DNA of 64,000 nt from a virus, in IMG/VR virus record IMGVR_UViG_3300029985_000017, positions 1 to 64,000 of that record; one strand, given 5' to 3'. Under the pieces are notes generated by a model that worked only from the letters and a program-made list of their open reading frames with translations, was not told the origin of the DNA and made no database searches. Below are positions 1 to 7,587 of the stretch, in pieces. Within the stretch, counting starts at the first letter, position 1, and the number at the start of each line of letters is the position of its first letter. Position numbers and translations under genes: made by a program.

Positions 1-127
1 GAATTTAAAAAGATAGGGAAAAATGAAAACTATACACCAAAAGAAATCGAAGCATATGGGAGAGGTATTAAGTTTATTGAAAGCGAATTGAAGAAACAAA
101 AGTGAATTTTAACAAAGGAGAAAATAT
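1..127 (+). repeat. 127-bp exact direct repeat, copy 1 (3' end of a second pentapeptide-repeat gene plus next RBS)
   Basis: Bases 1-127 are identical to 3301-3427 and diverge at the next base. Confidence 0.95.
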
Positions 128-535
128 ATGAAAACTAAATCTAATAAAATGTTTGTATCGGCTTTTCAATCTGGGTTCACTGGCGATGCTAATTGGATTA
201 ACCATAACAAAGCCCGCGAGATGCTCAAGCGTGAGGGTGTAGTGTTCGGAGAAGTCAAGGGCTGTTACAAGGGTAAACTTGAATACGCTTTTATATTGGT
301 ATCAGACAGTCAACAAGGGCATAAGGACAACTTTCAATTGGCCTATAGCTTGGGTCAATTGTTTAATCAAGAATCGATTCTAGAGGTTCACAACGACGAT
401 ACGGCAGTATTGCATTACTTGGGTGGCGATAGTGTGAAGCTTGGGCAATTGGTTGAGGTTCCTTCTGCGGAAGCATTGGCTAGCGATTCGTATACCTTTG
501 AGCCTGTAACTGGCCGTTATTTTGTGGTGAAGTGA
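128..535 (+). CDS. S-adenosylmethionine lyase (T3 SAMase-like), anti-restriction
   Basis: VSAFQS, GCYKG..E, QESIL, G.L.EVP and YTF...GRYFVV parallel T3 SAMase motifs; AAGGAG RBS. Confidence 0.75.
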   Translation: MKTKSNKMFVSAFQSGFTGDANWINHNKAREMLKREGVVFGEVKGCYKGKLEYAFILVSDSQQGHKDNFQLAYSLGQLFNQESILEVHNDDTAVLHYLGGDSVKLGQLVEVPSAEALASDSYTFEPVTGRYFVVK

Positions 536-541
536 GGGGAT

Positions 542-766
542 ATGAATAAACCAAAAATAAAGCATATTGAATCATTAGTCCTTAATGCAAAATATGGTAA
601 ATTTGAAATACATCGTCAAGATAATGGCGCATATTGTTTTTCACTAGAAGATACCTCGTGTGGTCTTGATGAAGAAGGTGACTTTCCATCAGTTGCTATA
701 GGAGGGTTATCGGACGAACATTTAGAAGCTTTGGTAGTTATGATCAAAGCGGCATTAAAGGAATAA
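542..766 (+). CDS. hypothetical early protein
   Basis: ORF with GAGGG RBS in a tightly packed cluster. Confidence 0.7.
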   Translation: MNKPKIKHIESLVLNAKYGKFEIHRQDNGAYCFSLEDTSCGLDEEGDFPSVAIGGLSDEHLEALVVMIKAALKE

Positions 767-768
767 AT

Positions 769-990
769 ATGATCACAACCTATCTAATTGAATCGCCTGA
801 TAAGCATGTAGTGCAATACTTTCGTAAGTTGTATGAAGCCAAGAATGTACTACTTGCAATTAACAATCCTGAATATAGAATCTTATGTATGAAAGGACAA
901 TACTTCGGAGAAGGCTTTCATAGGTATCAAATAGTATGCCATAAGGGAAGCTATCCGGGGGCTGTTTTTTTGAAGACTAAGTTAAGATAA
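769..990 (+). CDS. hypothetical early protein
   Basis: ORF with AAGGA RBS. Confidence 0.7.
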   Translation: MITTYLIESPDKHVVQYFRKLYEAKNVLLAINNPEYRILCMKGQYFGEGFHRYQIVCHKGSYPGAVFLKTKLR

Positions 991-1005
991 CCAAGAGGGA
1001 ATTTT

Positions 1006-1287
1006 ATGAGTAAACCAAAAACTTATGTTGTGTCGATCTTTGTGCCTGTAACAATTAATGCGTTAGTTTACGCCGAGGTTACGGCAGAAAACAAAGCTAA
1101 AGCAATTCAAGACGTAAAGAAAAACTTTAAGGATTTCAATCTAGAAAATTCAATTTTGGACGATGCTAAGCTTTTACTAGATGAAAAATAAATAGAATTA
1201 GGCAAAATATCCTACACAGTAGATAGGGCAAATCAATATCACGGTGCATCTGAGTGTAAAATGTGTGAAGCTAACGGAGAAGAGTGA
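1006..1287 (+). pseudogene. hypothetical gene with in-frame TAA at 1189-1191
   Basis: Frame stays open for 31 more codons (including CxxC) to a TGA inside the junction motif before the next RBS. Confidence 0.5.
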
Positions 1288-1302
1288 ATTTTAGGAGAGA
1301 AT

Positions 1303-1659
1303 ATGTTTAAAATAGGAGACAAAGTAGAATGCCTTGATACTAGTAGTAGTGGTAGTTTTATTACTGGCCATTTTTACACTGTTAAATCTTATGATTCACG
1401 TACGAGATTAGTTTATGTAGAAAAAGACGAAAAAGGAAATTCTAATGGATGGATGGAACGTCATTTCAAATTAGTTACCAGAAATTCTGGCAACGCGTTT
1501 TTATCGGTTTTAAACGTTGCCATAGCCGCTTTAGAAGGATCAACAAAGGAAGCTCATGCCGTACCAAAAGTGAATTCTTGGTGTGAATGCGGCAATCCTA
1601 AGAATCCAAAAGGCCAAGGTCATAGTCATTGGTGTCAAATGTTTAAACAGGAGTTTTAA
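1303..1659 (+). CDS. hypothetical protein, SH3-like N-terminus and C-terminal Cys/His motif
   Basis: FKIGDKVECL start; CECG...HSHWC end; AGGAG RBS. Confidence 0.75.
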   Translation: MFKIGDKVECLDTSSSGSFITGHFYTVKSYDSRTRLVYVEKDEKGNSNGWMERHFKLVTRNSGNAFLSVLNVAIAALEGSTKEAHAVPKVNSWCECGNPKNPKGQGHSHWCQMFKQEF

Positions 1660-1660
1660 T

Positions 1661-1879
1661 ATGAAAAAAAGATATGAAGACGCAGTTAATAGCTGGCAAA
1701 TAGATAGCATTGCTTATTATCTCATTCAGGTATCTAAGTATCCCAGTGACTCCTATATGGTTAGGATCGTGCCAGAAGACGGGGAGACTAGCTGGCTTAA
1801 CGATGGTCAAAGTTGGGAAACAGAGTCGGGAGCGGCATGGTCAATTTTGGCCTATCTAGACAAAATAAGCCAAAAGTGA
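1661..1879 (+). CDS. hypothetical protein
   Basis: Start moved to ATG 1661 after AGGAG. Confidence 0.7.
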   Translation: MKKRYEDAVNSWQIDSIAYYLIQVSKYPSDSYMVRIVPEDGETSWLNDGQSWETESGAAWSILAYLDKISQK

Positions 1880-1898
1880 ATTTTAGGAGAACAACTAT

Positions 1899-2270
1899 AT
1901 GAGTTTAGACGTATCATTGCGTACAGGTCCAACAGAACACCATTGCCATGAATGTAATGGCACTGGAGTTATAAAAGAATACGAGTATTTATTTGAGGCC
2001 AACATTACCCATAATCTAATTATAATGGCCTCAGAAGCCGGTATCTATAAACACCTATGGCGACCTGAAGAGTTGGGCATAACGAAAGCTAAAGAGCTAA
2101 TAGAGCCGCTACGCCATGGTTTAGAGCTTATGCGTTCAGATAGGGCTAGGTTTGAAGCCTTTGATTCACCCAATGGATGGGGCCTTTATGTGAATTTCTT
2201 GCCTTGGATTGAGAAGTACTTGAAAGCGTGTGAAGAATATCCCGATGCTACTATTAGGGTAAGTAGGTAG
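1899..2270 (+). CDS. phage hypothetical protein with CxxCxGxG motif
   Basis: CHECNGTG, ANITHNL..MA and PNGWG motifs; AGGAG RBS. Confidence 0.75.
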   Translation: MSLDVSLRTGPTEHHCHECNGTGVIKEYEYLFEANITHNLIIMASEAGIYKHLWRPEELGITKAKELIEPLRHGLELMRSDRARFEAFDSPNGWGLYVNFLPWIEKYLKACEEYPDATIRVSR

Positions 2271-2273
2271 ACC

Positions 2274-2495
2274 ATGAATATGGTAAGCATAGAGATTCCA
2301 ATGGTTAGAGAAATCGTTAAGACTATTGGCAGAATTGCGGACAATGCTAAAGTTAATCAATTAGCTTCACATTTTAAACTAGAGCAATTGATGAGGATTA
2401 AATCTAAGCTAGAATCGACCAAGGATTTTACAGAGTCTAAAAGTTCGACAGATTTAGTTTGGAATATCTTAAATAAATCCTTTAATTACAACTAA
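2274..2495 (+). CDS. hypothetical protein
   Basis: ORF in packed cluster. Confidence 0.65.
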   Translation: MNMVSIEIPMVREIVKTIGRIADNAKVNQLASHFKLEQLMRIKSKLESTKDFTESKSSTDLVWNILNKSFNYN

Positions 2496-2501
2496 CCAAC
2501 A

Positions 2502-2522
2502 TTGGCATGGTCTAAGCAATAG
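2502..2522 (+). promoter_or_regulatory. sigma54-type (-24/-12) promoter candidate
   Basis: Intergenic TTGGCATGGTCTAAGCAATAG, GG-N10-GC. Confidence 0.6.
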
Positions 2523-2531
2523 TATATACTT

Positions 2532-2669
2532 ATGAAGACACAATATAAAAATGTAGATACCAGTACTTTAGCGGGATTAAAGCAAGCCGAAAAATTAAAG
2601 GCTAGTGGATGGATTATTTATAGTATTGGACTATTTATTATTCGTTTTTATAAAAAGGAGATTCTATGA
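2532..2669 (+). CDS. small protein (45 aa), not in ORF track
   Basis: MKTQYKNVDTSTLAGLKQAEKLKASGW...; ATGA overlap with next gene. Confidence 0.65.
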   Translation: MKTQYKNVDTSTLAGLKQAEKLKASGWIIYSIGLFIIRFYKKEIL

Positions 2670-2857
2670 CTAAACTAGAACAACTAATGCTAAAGGATTT
2701 TGAAAGGCATCTAATCAAAGTTGAAAAGAACTTGGTTAGACATTGTGAAGGATGCGGGTATCTATTGGACACTACTGAAGAACACGTTAAGCTTTGTATT
2801 TATTGTTGGAACGGTGGCAATAAAAAGGAAACATTTTATGCAAGTCAAAGTGTATGA
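2666..2857 (+). CDS. small zinc-ribbon protein
   Basis: CEGC...CIYC; AAGGAG RBS. Confidence 0.7.
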   Translation: MTKLEQLMLKDFERHLIKVEKNLVRHCEGCGYLLDTTEEHVKLCIYCWNGGNKKETFYASQSV

Positions 2858-2996
2858 AAGTATTCTAGATATGAGTGGCATCGGAGAAGAATGGCTTCTT
2901 GATCTCCATGGCAATGTATTGGCTAAGTTTTTCGATGGTAATTTGAGTGTGTCGATTGTGGTTAACAATAGCAGAGAAGTAACGAAAGGGATTTGA
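2838..2996 (+). CDS. hypothetical protein
   Basis: ATG 2838 after AAGGA. Confidence 0.6.
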   Translation: MQVKVYESILDMSGIGEEWLLDLHGNVLAKFFDGNLSVSIVVNNSREVTKGI

Positions 2997-2997
2997 A

Positions 2998-3405
2998 ATG
3001 AAGTTTCAAATTAAAAATCGTTTTGATTCATCGGTTATCTTTGAATGTGAAGCAGAATCTTTTGGCATTGCTGTTGAACTAGCTATTAAAGCTGGGGCGA
3101 ATCTCTCTAGGGCGAATCTCTCTAGGGCGGATCTCTCTGGGGCGGATCTCTCTAGGGCGGATCTCTCTGGGGCGGATCTCTCTTTTACTTGTATCTTTGG
3201 ATTATACTTAGGGAAACATTTTGTATTCGGATGGAAAAAGACCAAAGAAATCGTCATCAAAATTGGCTGTATAGAACACACGGCCAAAGAGTGGAAAAAG
3301 GAATTTAAAAAGATAGGGAAAAATGAAAACTATACACCAAAAGAAATCGAAGCATATGGGAGAGGTATTAAGTTTATTGAAAGCGAATTGAAGAAACAAA
3401 AGTGA
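2998..3405 (+). CDS. pentapeptide-repeat protein
   Basis: A(N/D)LS(R/G) x6; IKNRF N-terminus; IKIGC..HT..EW C-domain. Confidence 0.9.
   Translation: MKFQIKNRFDSSVIFECEAESFGIAVELAIKAGANLSRANLSRADLSGADLSRADLSGADLSFTCIFGLYLGKHFVFGWKKTKEIVIKIGCIEHTAKEWKKEFKKIGKNENYTPKEIEAYGRGIKFIESELKKQK
3094..3183 (+). repeat. six tandem 15-bp units RGGGCGRATCTCTCT
   Basis: Read directly; encodes the pentapeptide repeats. Confidence 0.95.
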
Positions 3406-3427
3406 ATTTTAACAAAGGAGAAAATAT
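3301..3427 (+). repeat. 127-bp exact direct repeat, copy 2
   Basis: Identical to 1-127. Confidence 0.95.
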
Positions 3428-3665
3428 GAAGAAGTTGATTTTGATTGTAAGTTTGATTCTAACGGGTTGTGGTGCAGCTACTACTTCAGGTGGTACTACT
3501 ACTTCAGCTAGTGGAAGTAGTGGAGCTTATTGTGGAACTGGCCAATGTTATTCGTATCTATTGGCTTATTGCTGTCCAAATTACGCTCCATATGCGTGCG
3601 GCGGAAGCTGCTATACCTATTCAGGTGGTGGGGGCTGTACAAGTTATAAAACTCAGTGTTATTAA
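3426..3665 (+). CDS. small Cys-rich lipoprotein
   Basis: MKKLILIVSLILTGC lipobox, Ser/Thr/Gly linker, 8-Cys domain. Confidence 0.8.
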   Translation: MKKLILIVSLILTGCGAATTSGGTTTSASGSSGAYCGTGQCYSYLLAYCCPNYAPYACGGSCYTYSGGGGCTSYKTQCY

Positions 3666-3695
3666 TCCAAAAGTGTTTTTTACGAAAGGAAATAT

Positions 3696-4814
3696 ATGAA
3701 TAAGAATGTATTGATTATTGTGAGTATTTTGTTTCTTAATGGTTGTGCTACTAAAACTTATCAGGCTACTGCAACTGGAGCTACAGGCCAAGCAGGTCAG
3801 AATGGTGCTAACGGTTCTAGCTGTTCTGCTATCCAAGTAGCTGGAGGTCTTAGTATTACTTGCGGATCAGCCGCACCCATTTTATTGTCGAATGGTACTA
3901 ACGGAACCAATGGGAGTAATGGCGCGAACGGAACCAACGGAACTAATGGCACAAATGGTGCTAGCTGTAGTGGTTCTATTGTTTCGGGAGGTGTTGATAT
4001 TAAATGTGGTTCTAATCCTACTGTATTCTTGGCTAATGGAACCAATGGAACTAATGGTGCAACTGGAGCAACAGGTGCCACGGGCTCTACTGGAGCCGCT
4101 GGTAAAAATGGTTCTAATGGCACGAACGGAACCAACGGAACTAATGGCACAAATGGTGCTAGCTGTGCGGCTGTTAACGTAACCAATGGGGTCAATATCG
4201 TTTGTGGTTCTAATCCACCTATCTTTTTGGCTAGCGGAACGAATGGAACCAATGGTGCAAACGGCGCAACTGGAGCTACAGGGGCTCAAGGTGCGGCAGG
4301 TGCGGGCTTCACTTCAGGACTATTGTGTAATGCTTATACAGTTCTAGCCAAGGATGAAGCTACACCCATTAATTGGTTTGGAATGCTTACGGATGGTACG
4401 GTTGAATTCTCTACTGTTCTGGCTAACTTCAGCGTAGCTAATCAAAGCAATACCAACATCTTCCCAGGATTTACTGCGGCAGAACAAGCGTTGATTGGTT
4501 ATACTAATTACGCTCTTGATTGTAGTGGTTACTTGGATATTCCAGCCGATGGTGATTATACCTTCACTCTATCGAGTGATGATGGTTCAGAGATGGCTAT
4601 TGATGAAACGGTTCTAATCAATATGCCTGATTTGCAACCAATGACTTCGGCTAGTGCAACCAATGTTCCATTGTTTTCGGGTCGGCATAGCTTCAATCTA
4701 ACCTATTTGCAAGGTCCTCCAACTAACATTGGTTTGACGCTTCAATGGCAAGGTCCTGCTAACGTTGGATTGGGAACTTTGAGCACCGTCCCCACATCTG
4801 TATTTTCACACTAA
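3696..4814 (+). CDS. collagen-like lipoprotein with C-terminal PA14 domain
   Basis: LNGC lipobox; G-x-N/G-A-T triplets separated by three Cys-pair spacers; GYLDIPADGDYTFTLSSDDGS (PA14). Confidence 0.85.
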   Translation: MNKNVLIIVSILFLNGCATKTYQATATGATGQAGQNGANGSSCSAIQVAGGLSITCGSAAPILLSNGTNGTNGSNGANGTNGTNGTNGASCSGSIVSGGVDIKCGSNPTVFLANGTNGTNGATGATGATGSTGAAGKNGSNGTNGTNGTNGTNGASCAAVNVTNGVNIVCGSNPPIFLASGTNGTNGANGATGATGAQGAAGAGFTSGLLCNAYTVLAKDEATPINWFGMLTDGTVEFSTVLANFSVANQSNTNIFPGFTAAEQALIGYTNYALDCSGYLDIPADGDYTFTLSSDDGSEMAIDETVLINMPDLQPMTSASATNVPLFSGRHSFNLTYLQGPPTNIGLTLQWQGPANVGLGTLSTVPTSVFSH

Positions 4815-4824
4815 AGGAGTATTT

Positions 4825-5298
4825 ATGAAGAGTGTTTTTTTGATCGGATTGTTGTTGGTGGCTTCAGTATCACGAGCAGATGAAACGCATAGTTGCAAGC
4901 TTCATCCAAAGAAAGGTAGTGAATGCGATGTAGTTAAAGTCTGGACTCGTTGCGATGTAGAAAAGCAAAAACTTAGGAATAGGATTGTTCAATTAGAACG
5001 ACGGGTTAAGGAACTTGAATCACAAAAGACTACTAATACTGTAATTGAAAAGACAGTTGTAACCAAGAAAGTGGTAGTTGAAAAGGAAGTTATCAAGCAT
5101 CATATTCTTGGGTTGTACGCTGCTAGGGATGTTAGTAGTGCAGGAGTTAATCAAAGCAATGGCACAGCTACCGGCACTGTACAAACGGCATATGAACCAG
5201 GATTGAAGTATCAATATCAGTTCAACTTTGGATTGGTTCCTGAAGTAGGTATTAATATCAAAGGTAATCCAATGGTTGGATTGGGTTTTGAATTCTAA
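4825..5298 (+). CDS. secreted coiled-coil protein with outer-membrane beta-signal
   Basis: Signal peptide, heptad coil, amphipathic strands ending VGLGFEF. Confidence 0.7.
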   Translation: MKSVFLIGLLLVASVSRADETHSCKLHPKKGSECDVVKVWTRCDVEKQKLRNRIVQLERRVKELESQKTTNTVIEKTVVTKKVVVEKEVIKHHILGLYAARDVSSAGVNQSNGTATGTVQTAYEPGLKYQYQFNFGLVPEVGINIKGNPMVGLGFEF

Positions 5299-5308
5299 TA
5301 ATTTAATT

Positions 5309-5385
5309 GCACGGTGGTCGGGGCTGGTTGCTCCAATGGGTCTTATAAGCCTATGACTCAGGTTCAATTCCTGAGCCGTGTACCA
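5309..5385 (+). tRNA. tRNA-Ile(UAU) with encoded CCA and atypical D-arm
   Basis: Acceptor GCACGGT/GCCGTGT-A-CCA; anticodon loop CTTATAA; T-arm TCAGG-TTCAATT-CCTGA. Confidence 0.8.
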
Positions 5386-5397
5386 AAAAAGGTATAT

Positions 5398-5664
5398 ATG
5401 ATTGAACTAATGAACGCCCTCGATTGTAGTATTAAAACTTCTAAAGCTATGCAAACCATTGATGGCAAATTACTCGCGGACTTTCTTTCTAAGGTAGCTA
5501 ATTCTATAGAATCGGCAGCTGAGGATGGAAGGCATGAAATCATTATTAAAGCTCCTAAAAATATCGATGTACAAAAGATTGAGATGATGCTAAATTTTAA
5601 AGGGTATCGAGTTAGTTGGGTTAGACCAAAGTATGACCTTTGGTTTGAAATTAGCTGGAGATAA
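5398..5664 (+). CDS. hypothetical protein
   Basis: Start moved downstream of the tRNA; AAGG RBS. Confidence 0.7.
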   Translation: MIELMNALDCSIKTSKAMQTIDGKLLADFLSKVANSIESAAEDGRHEIIIKAPKNIDVQKIEMMLNFKGYRVSWVRPKYDLWFEISWR

Positions 5665-5665
5665 T

Positions 5666-5848
5666 ATGACAAAACAAGAAGTGTTGGCCGTGCTAGATTA
5701 TAGAATCAATATGCTTAGGAAAGGTATTGATTGTCTGTTGGATAATAGTGATCCGAATAGCAAAGAGCTTGATTATGCATGCTGTGACCATGAATCCAGG
5801 ATTGATGAACTTGAGAGCTTTAGGAATTATTTGAGAGGTCAAAAATAA
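5666..5848 (+). CDS. hypothetical protein
   Basis: ATG after GGAG. Confidence 0.7.
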   Translation: MTKQEVLAVLDYRINMLRKGIDCLLDNSDPNSKELDYACCDHESRIDELESFRNYLRGQK

Positions 5849-6045
5849 TGAGTAAAGTTACATATTCAGAAGATGTGGCTAAATTAAAGGCTAGCAATTC
5901 AGAACTGGCTTCTCTATCCGATAGAGTTGTAGAATTGCTTTATGGAAGATTTAGCGAAGATTACTATTGTGCAAGTTGGCTTATTCTAGATGAGCAAGCT
6001 ATTAGACAATTCAATCAATGGCTAGATAGCGAATCAGGAGATTAA
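5848..6045 (+). CDS. hypothetical protein
   Basis: Translationally coupled; FSEDYYCASW motif. Confidence 0.7.
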   Translation: MSKVTYSEDVAKLKASNSELASLSDRVVELLYGRFSEDYYCASWLILDEQAIRQFNQWLDSESGD

Positions 6046-6046
6046 T

Positions 6047-6301
6047 ATGACTAAAGAACAAATGGAGTCTCTAAGCAGAGTTAAAGCTACATGGGCTCAC
6101 GCCAATGATCTCGATATAGACTCAATCGTATATAGAAGCGAAGATATTTTTAATGTATTAAACTTGCTAAAAGATAAACAAGATTTACTAAATCAAACTA
6201 AAAATGATCTTGAGAATGTTCAAAGTTCATTACTTTCTAAACAACTTGATGAAGCTGTTACGCTATTAAATTGGACTTTATTGATTTTGAAGGAGAGTTA
6301 A
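6047..6301 (+). CDS. hypothetical coiled-coil protein
   Basis: AGGAG RBS. Confidence 0.7.
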   Translation: MTKEQMESLSRVKATWAHANDLDIDSIVYRSEDIFNVLNLLKDKQDLLNQTKNDLENVQSSLLSKQLDEAVTLLNWTLLILKES

Positions 6302-6302
6302 T

Positions 6303-6398
6303 ATGAAATATCTTATTTGGGGACTGCTAGCAAGTTTTATGTTATGTACGATGTATCAGGCTTTTGTTGTGATTATGGAACTACTTGGCTATCGTTAA
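6303..6398 (+). CDS. 31-aa membrane peptide, not in ORF track
   Basis: MKYLIWGLLASFMLCTMYQAFVVIMELLGYR after AAGGAG. Confidence 0.6.
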   Translation: MKYLIWGLLASFMLCTMYQAFVVIMELLGYR

Positions 6399-6460
6399 TT
6401 CGATTGATTAAAAGTTAGTCTATATATAATAATTACCTATATGAAATCATTAAGAAATAA

Positions 6461-6481
6461 TTGGCATGATTAAAGCAATAG
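6461..6481 (+). promoter_or_regulatory. sigma54-type promoter candidate
   Basis: TTGGCATGATTAAAGCAATAG, GG-N10-GC, ahead of AAGGAG RBS. Confidence 0.6.
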
Positions 6482-6501
6482 ATATAAACAAGGAGAATGA
6501 G

Positions 6502-6738
6502 ATGGATAAGGAAAAAGCTAAAGCATTAAATGAATCGGCCAAGAAACTAATTCAAGATGAAGATTTTACTTGTTTTCAAAAGGATTCATGGGCTAAGATA
6601 TATGTAGAAGCTGAGAAGTCAATTCCAATAAAGTTTAGGAATGATTTTATTGATGAATTGACTAGCTCCAATGAAGAATACAGGAAAGCTTTAGAAGAAT
6701 CAGTACGCTATTTTGGTGTACGTTGGACAAAGGAATAA
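6502..6738 (+). CDS. hypothetical protein
   Basis: Start moved to ATG 6502 after AAGGAG. Confidence 0.7.
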   Translation: MDKEKAKALNESAKKLIQDEDFTCFQKDSWAKIYVEAEKSIPIKFRNDFIDELTSSNEEYRKALEESVRYFGVRWTKE

Positions 6739-6741
6739 TTT

Positions 6742-6993
6742 ATGAAAAAGAAAGTAACTAAGACCACTCTATCGAGTTTAAGTGCTAATCAAATTGCCGC
6801 CAATCTAAAAAAGAGTTTTCCTTATAATCCAGTTGAGAAGAGGTATAAGGCACTTGAAATCGCTAGGCAAATGTCTACTGCACTAAACAAAACTAGTCTA
6901 GCAGATGTAAATGGAGAATTTTATACCATTCAAGAAGTTAAAAAGAATGCCAGAACTTGGGAACAAGTAGTCAACATTTTGGAAAAGAAATAA
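6742..6993 (+). CDS. hypothetical basic protein
   Basis: AAGGA RBS. Confidence 0.7.
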   Translation: MKKKVTKTTLSSLSANQIAANLKKSFPYNPVEKRYKALEIARQMSTALNKTSLADVNGEFYTIQEVKKNARTWEQVVNILEKK

Positions 6994-7002
6994 GGAGCAT
7001 AT

Positions 7003-7479
7003 ATGTCTAAAGTAAATCAATCACTAGTGAGTTCTGTTAATAAGCTTCTAAGGGCTGTAGAAATTAAAGTACTGGCTTATTCTGAAATTAAAGACCAACT
7101 AAAGGAAATCTCTCCAATCATTGCTGAGTCAATGGATAGTCAACGCGCTTTTCATGATAATACTCTAGATATTATTTGTGTGGATGATGACTATCTGCAA
7201 GATTCAACTGAATTAGTTTTACATGAACTAGTTCATATGGCACTATCATCTTCAAGGCTTAATGTCAGGTTCAATAATACTAGGGAAGATAGGGATACGG
7301 AAGACGCTGCGGCTCAAATGGGCATTCTAAGCGTTCTAGCTGCTCTTAATATCAATCCTGCCAGCTACGAGAATATATTGGTTGATTATGTAAAGACATT
7401 ACACTATGCCAACTTAGATCGTGCTGATCGATTGGCTCAAGTGGCCACTAATTATTTAATTGGTTTTCTTGTAAAATAA
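7003..7479 (+). CDS. zincin-like metallopeptidase domain protein (ArdC/MPTase-like)
   Basis: LHELVH followed by E..AAQMG and a terminal A..A.NYL helix. Confidence 0.55.
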   Translation: MSKVNQSLVSSVNKLLRAVEIKVLAYSEIKDQLKEISPIIAESMDSQRAFHDNTLDIICVDDDYLQDSTELVLHELVHMALSSSRLNVRFNNTREDRDTEDAAAQMGILSVLAALNINPASYENILVDYVKTLHYANLDRADRLAQVATNYLIGFLVK

Positions 7480-7531
7480 ATATACAGATGTAATGACAAT
7501 TTACAATTTGTAAACTGTGGAGTTACAATAA

Positions 7532-7568
7532 AATCAACAGGTTATGAGTGGCATTATTAAAGCAATAG
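7532..7568 (+). promoter_or_regulatory. IHF-consensus site plus sigma54-type promoter candidate
   Basis: AATCAACAGGTTA (WATCAANNNNTTR) at 7532-7544; GTGGCATTATTAAAGCAATAG at 7548-7568. Confidence 0.6.
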
Positions 7569-7587
7569 ATGGTGTAAGAGGTAATTT

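Noticed and set aside
3797-4289. Antisense and alternate-frame ORFs over the collagen-like gene, and similar shadow ORFs elsewhere in the track
   Set aside because: By-products of repetitive or biased codons in the real genes; no RBS or recognisable motifs.
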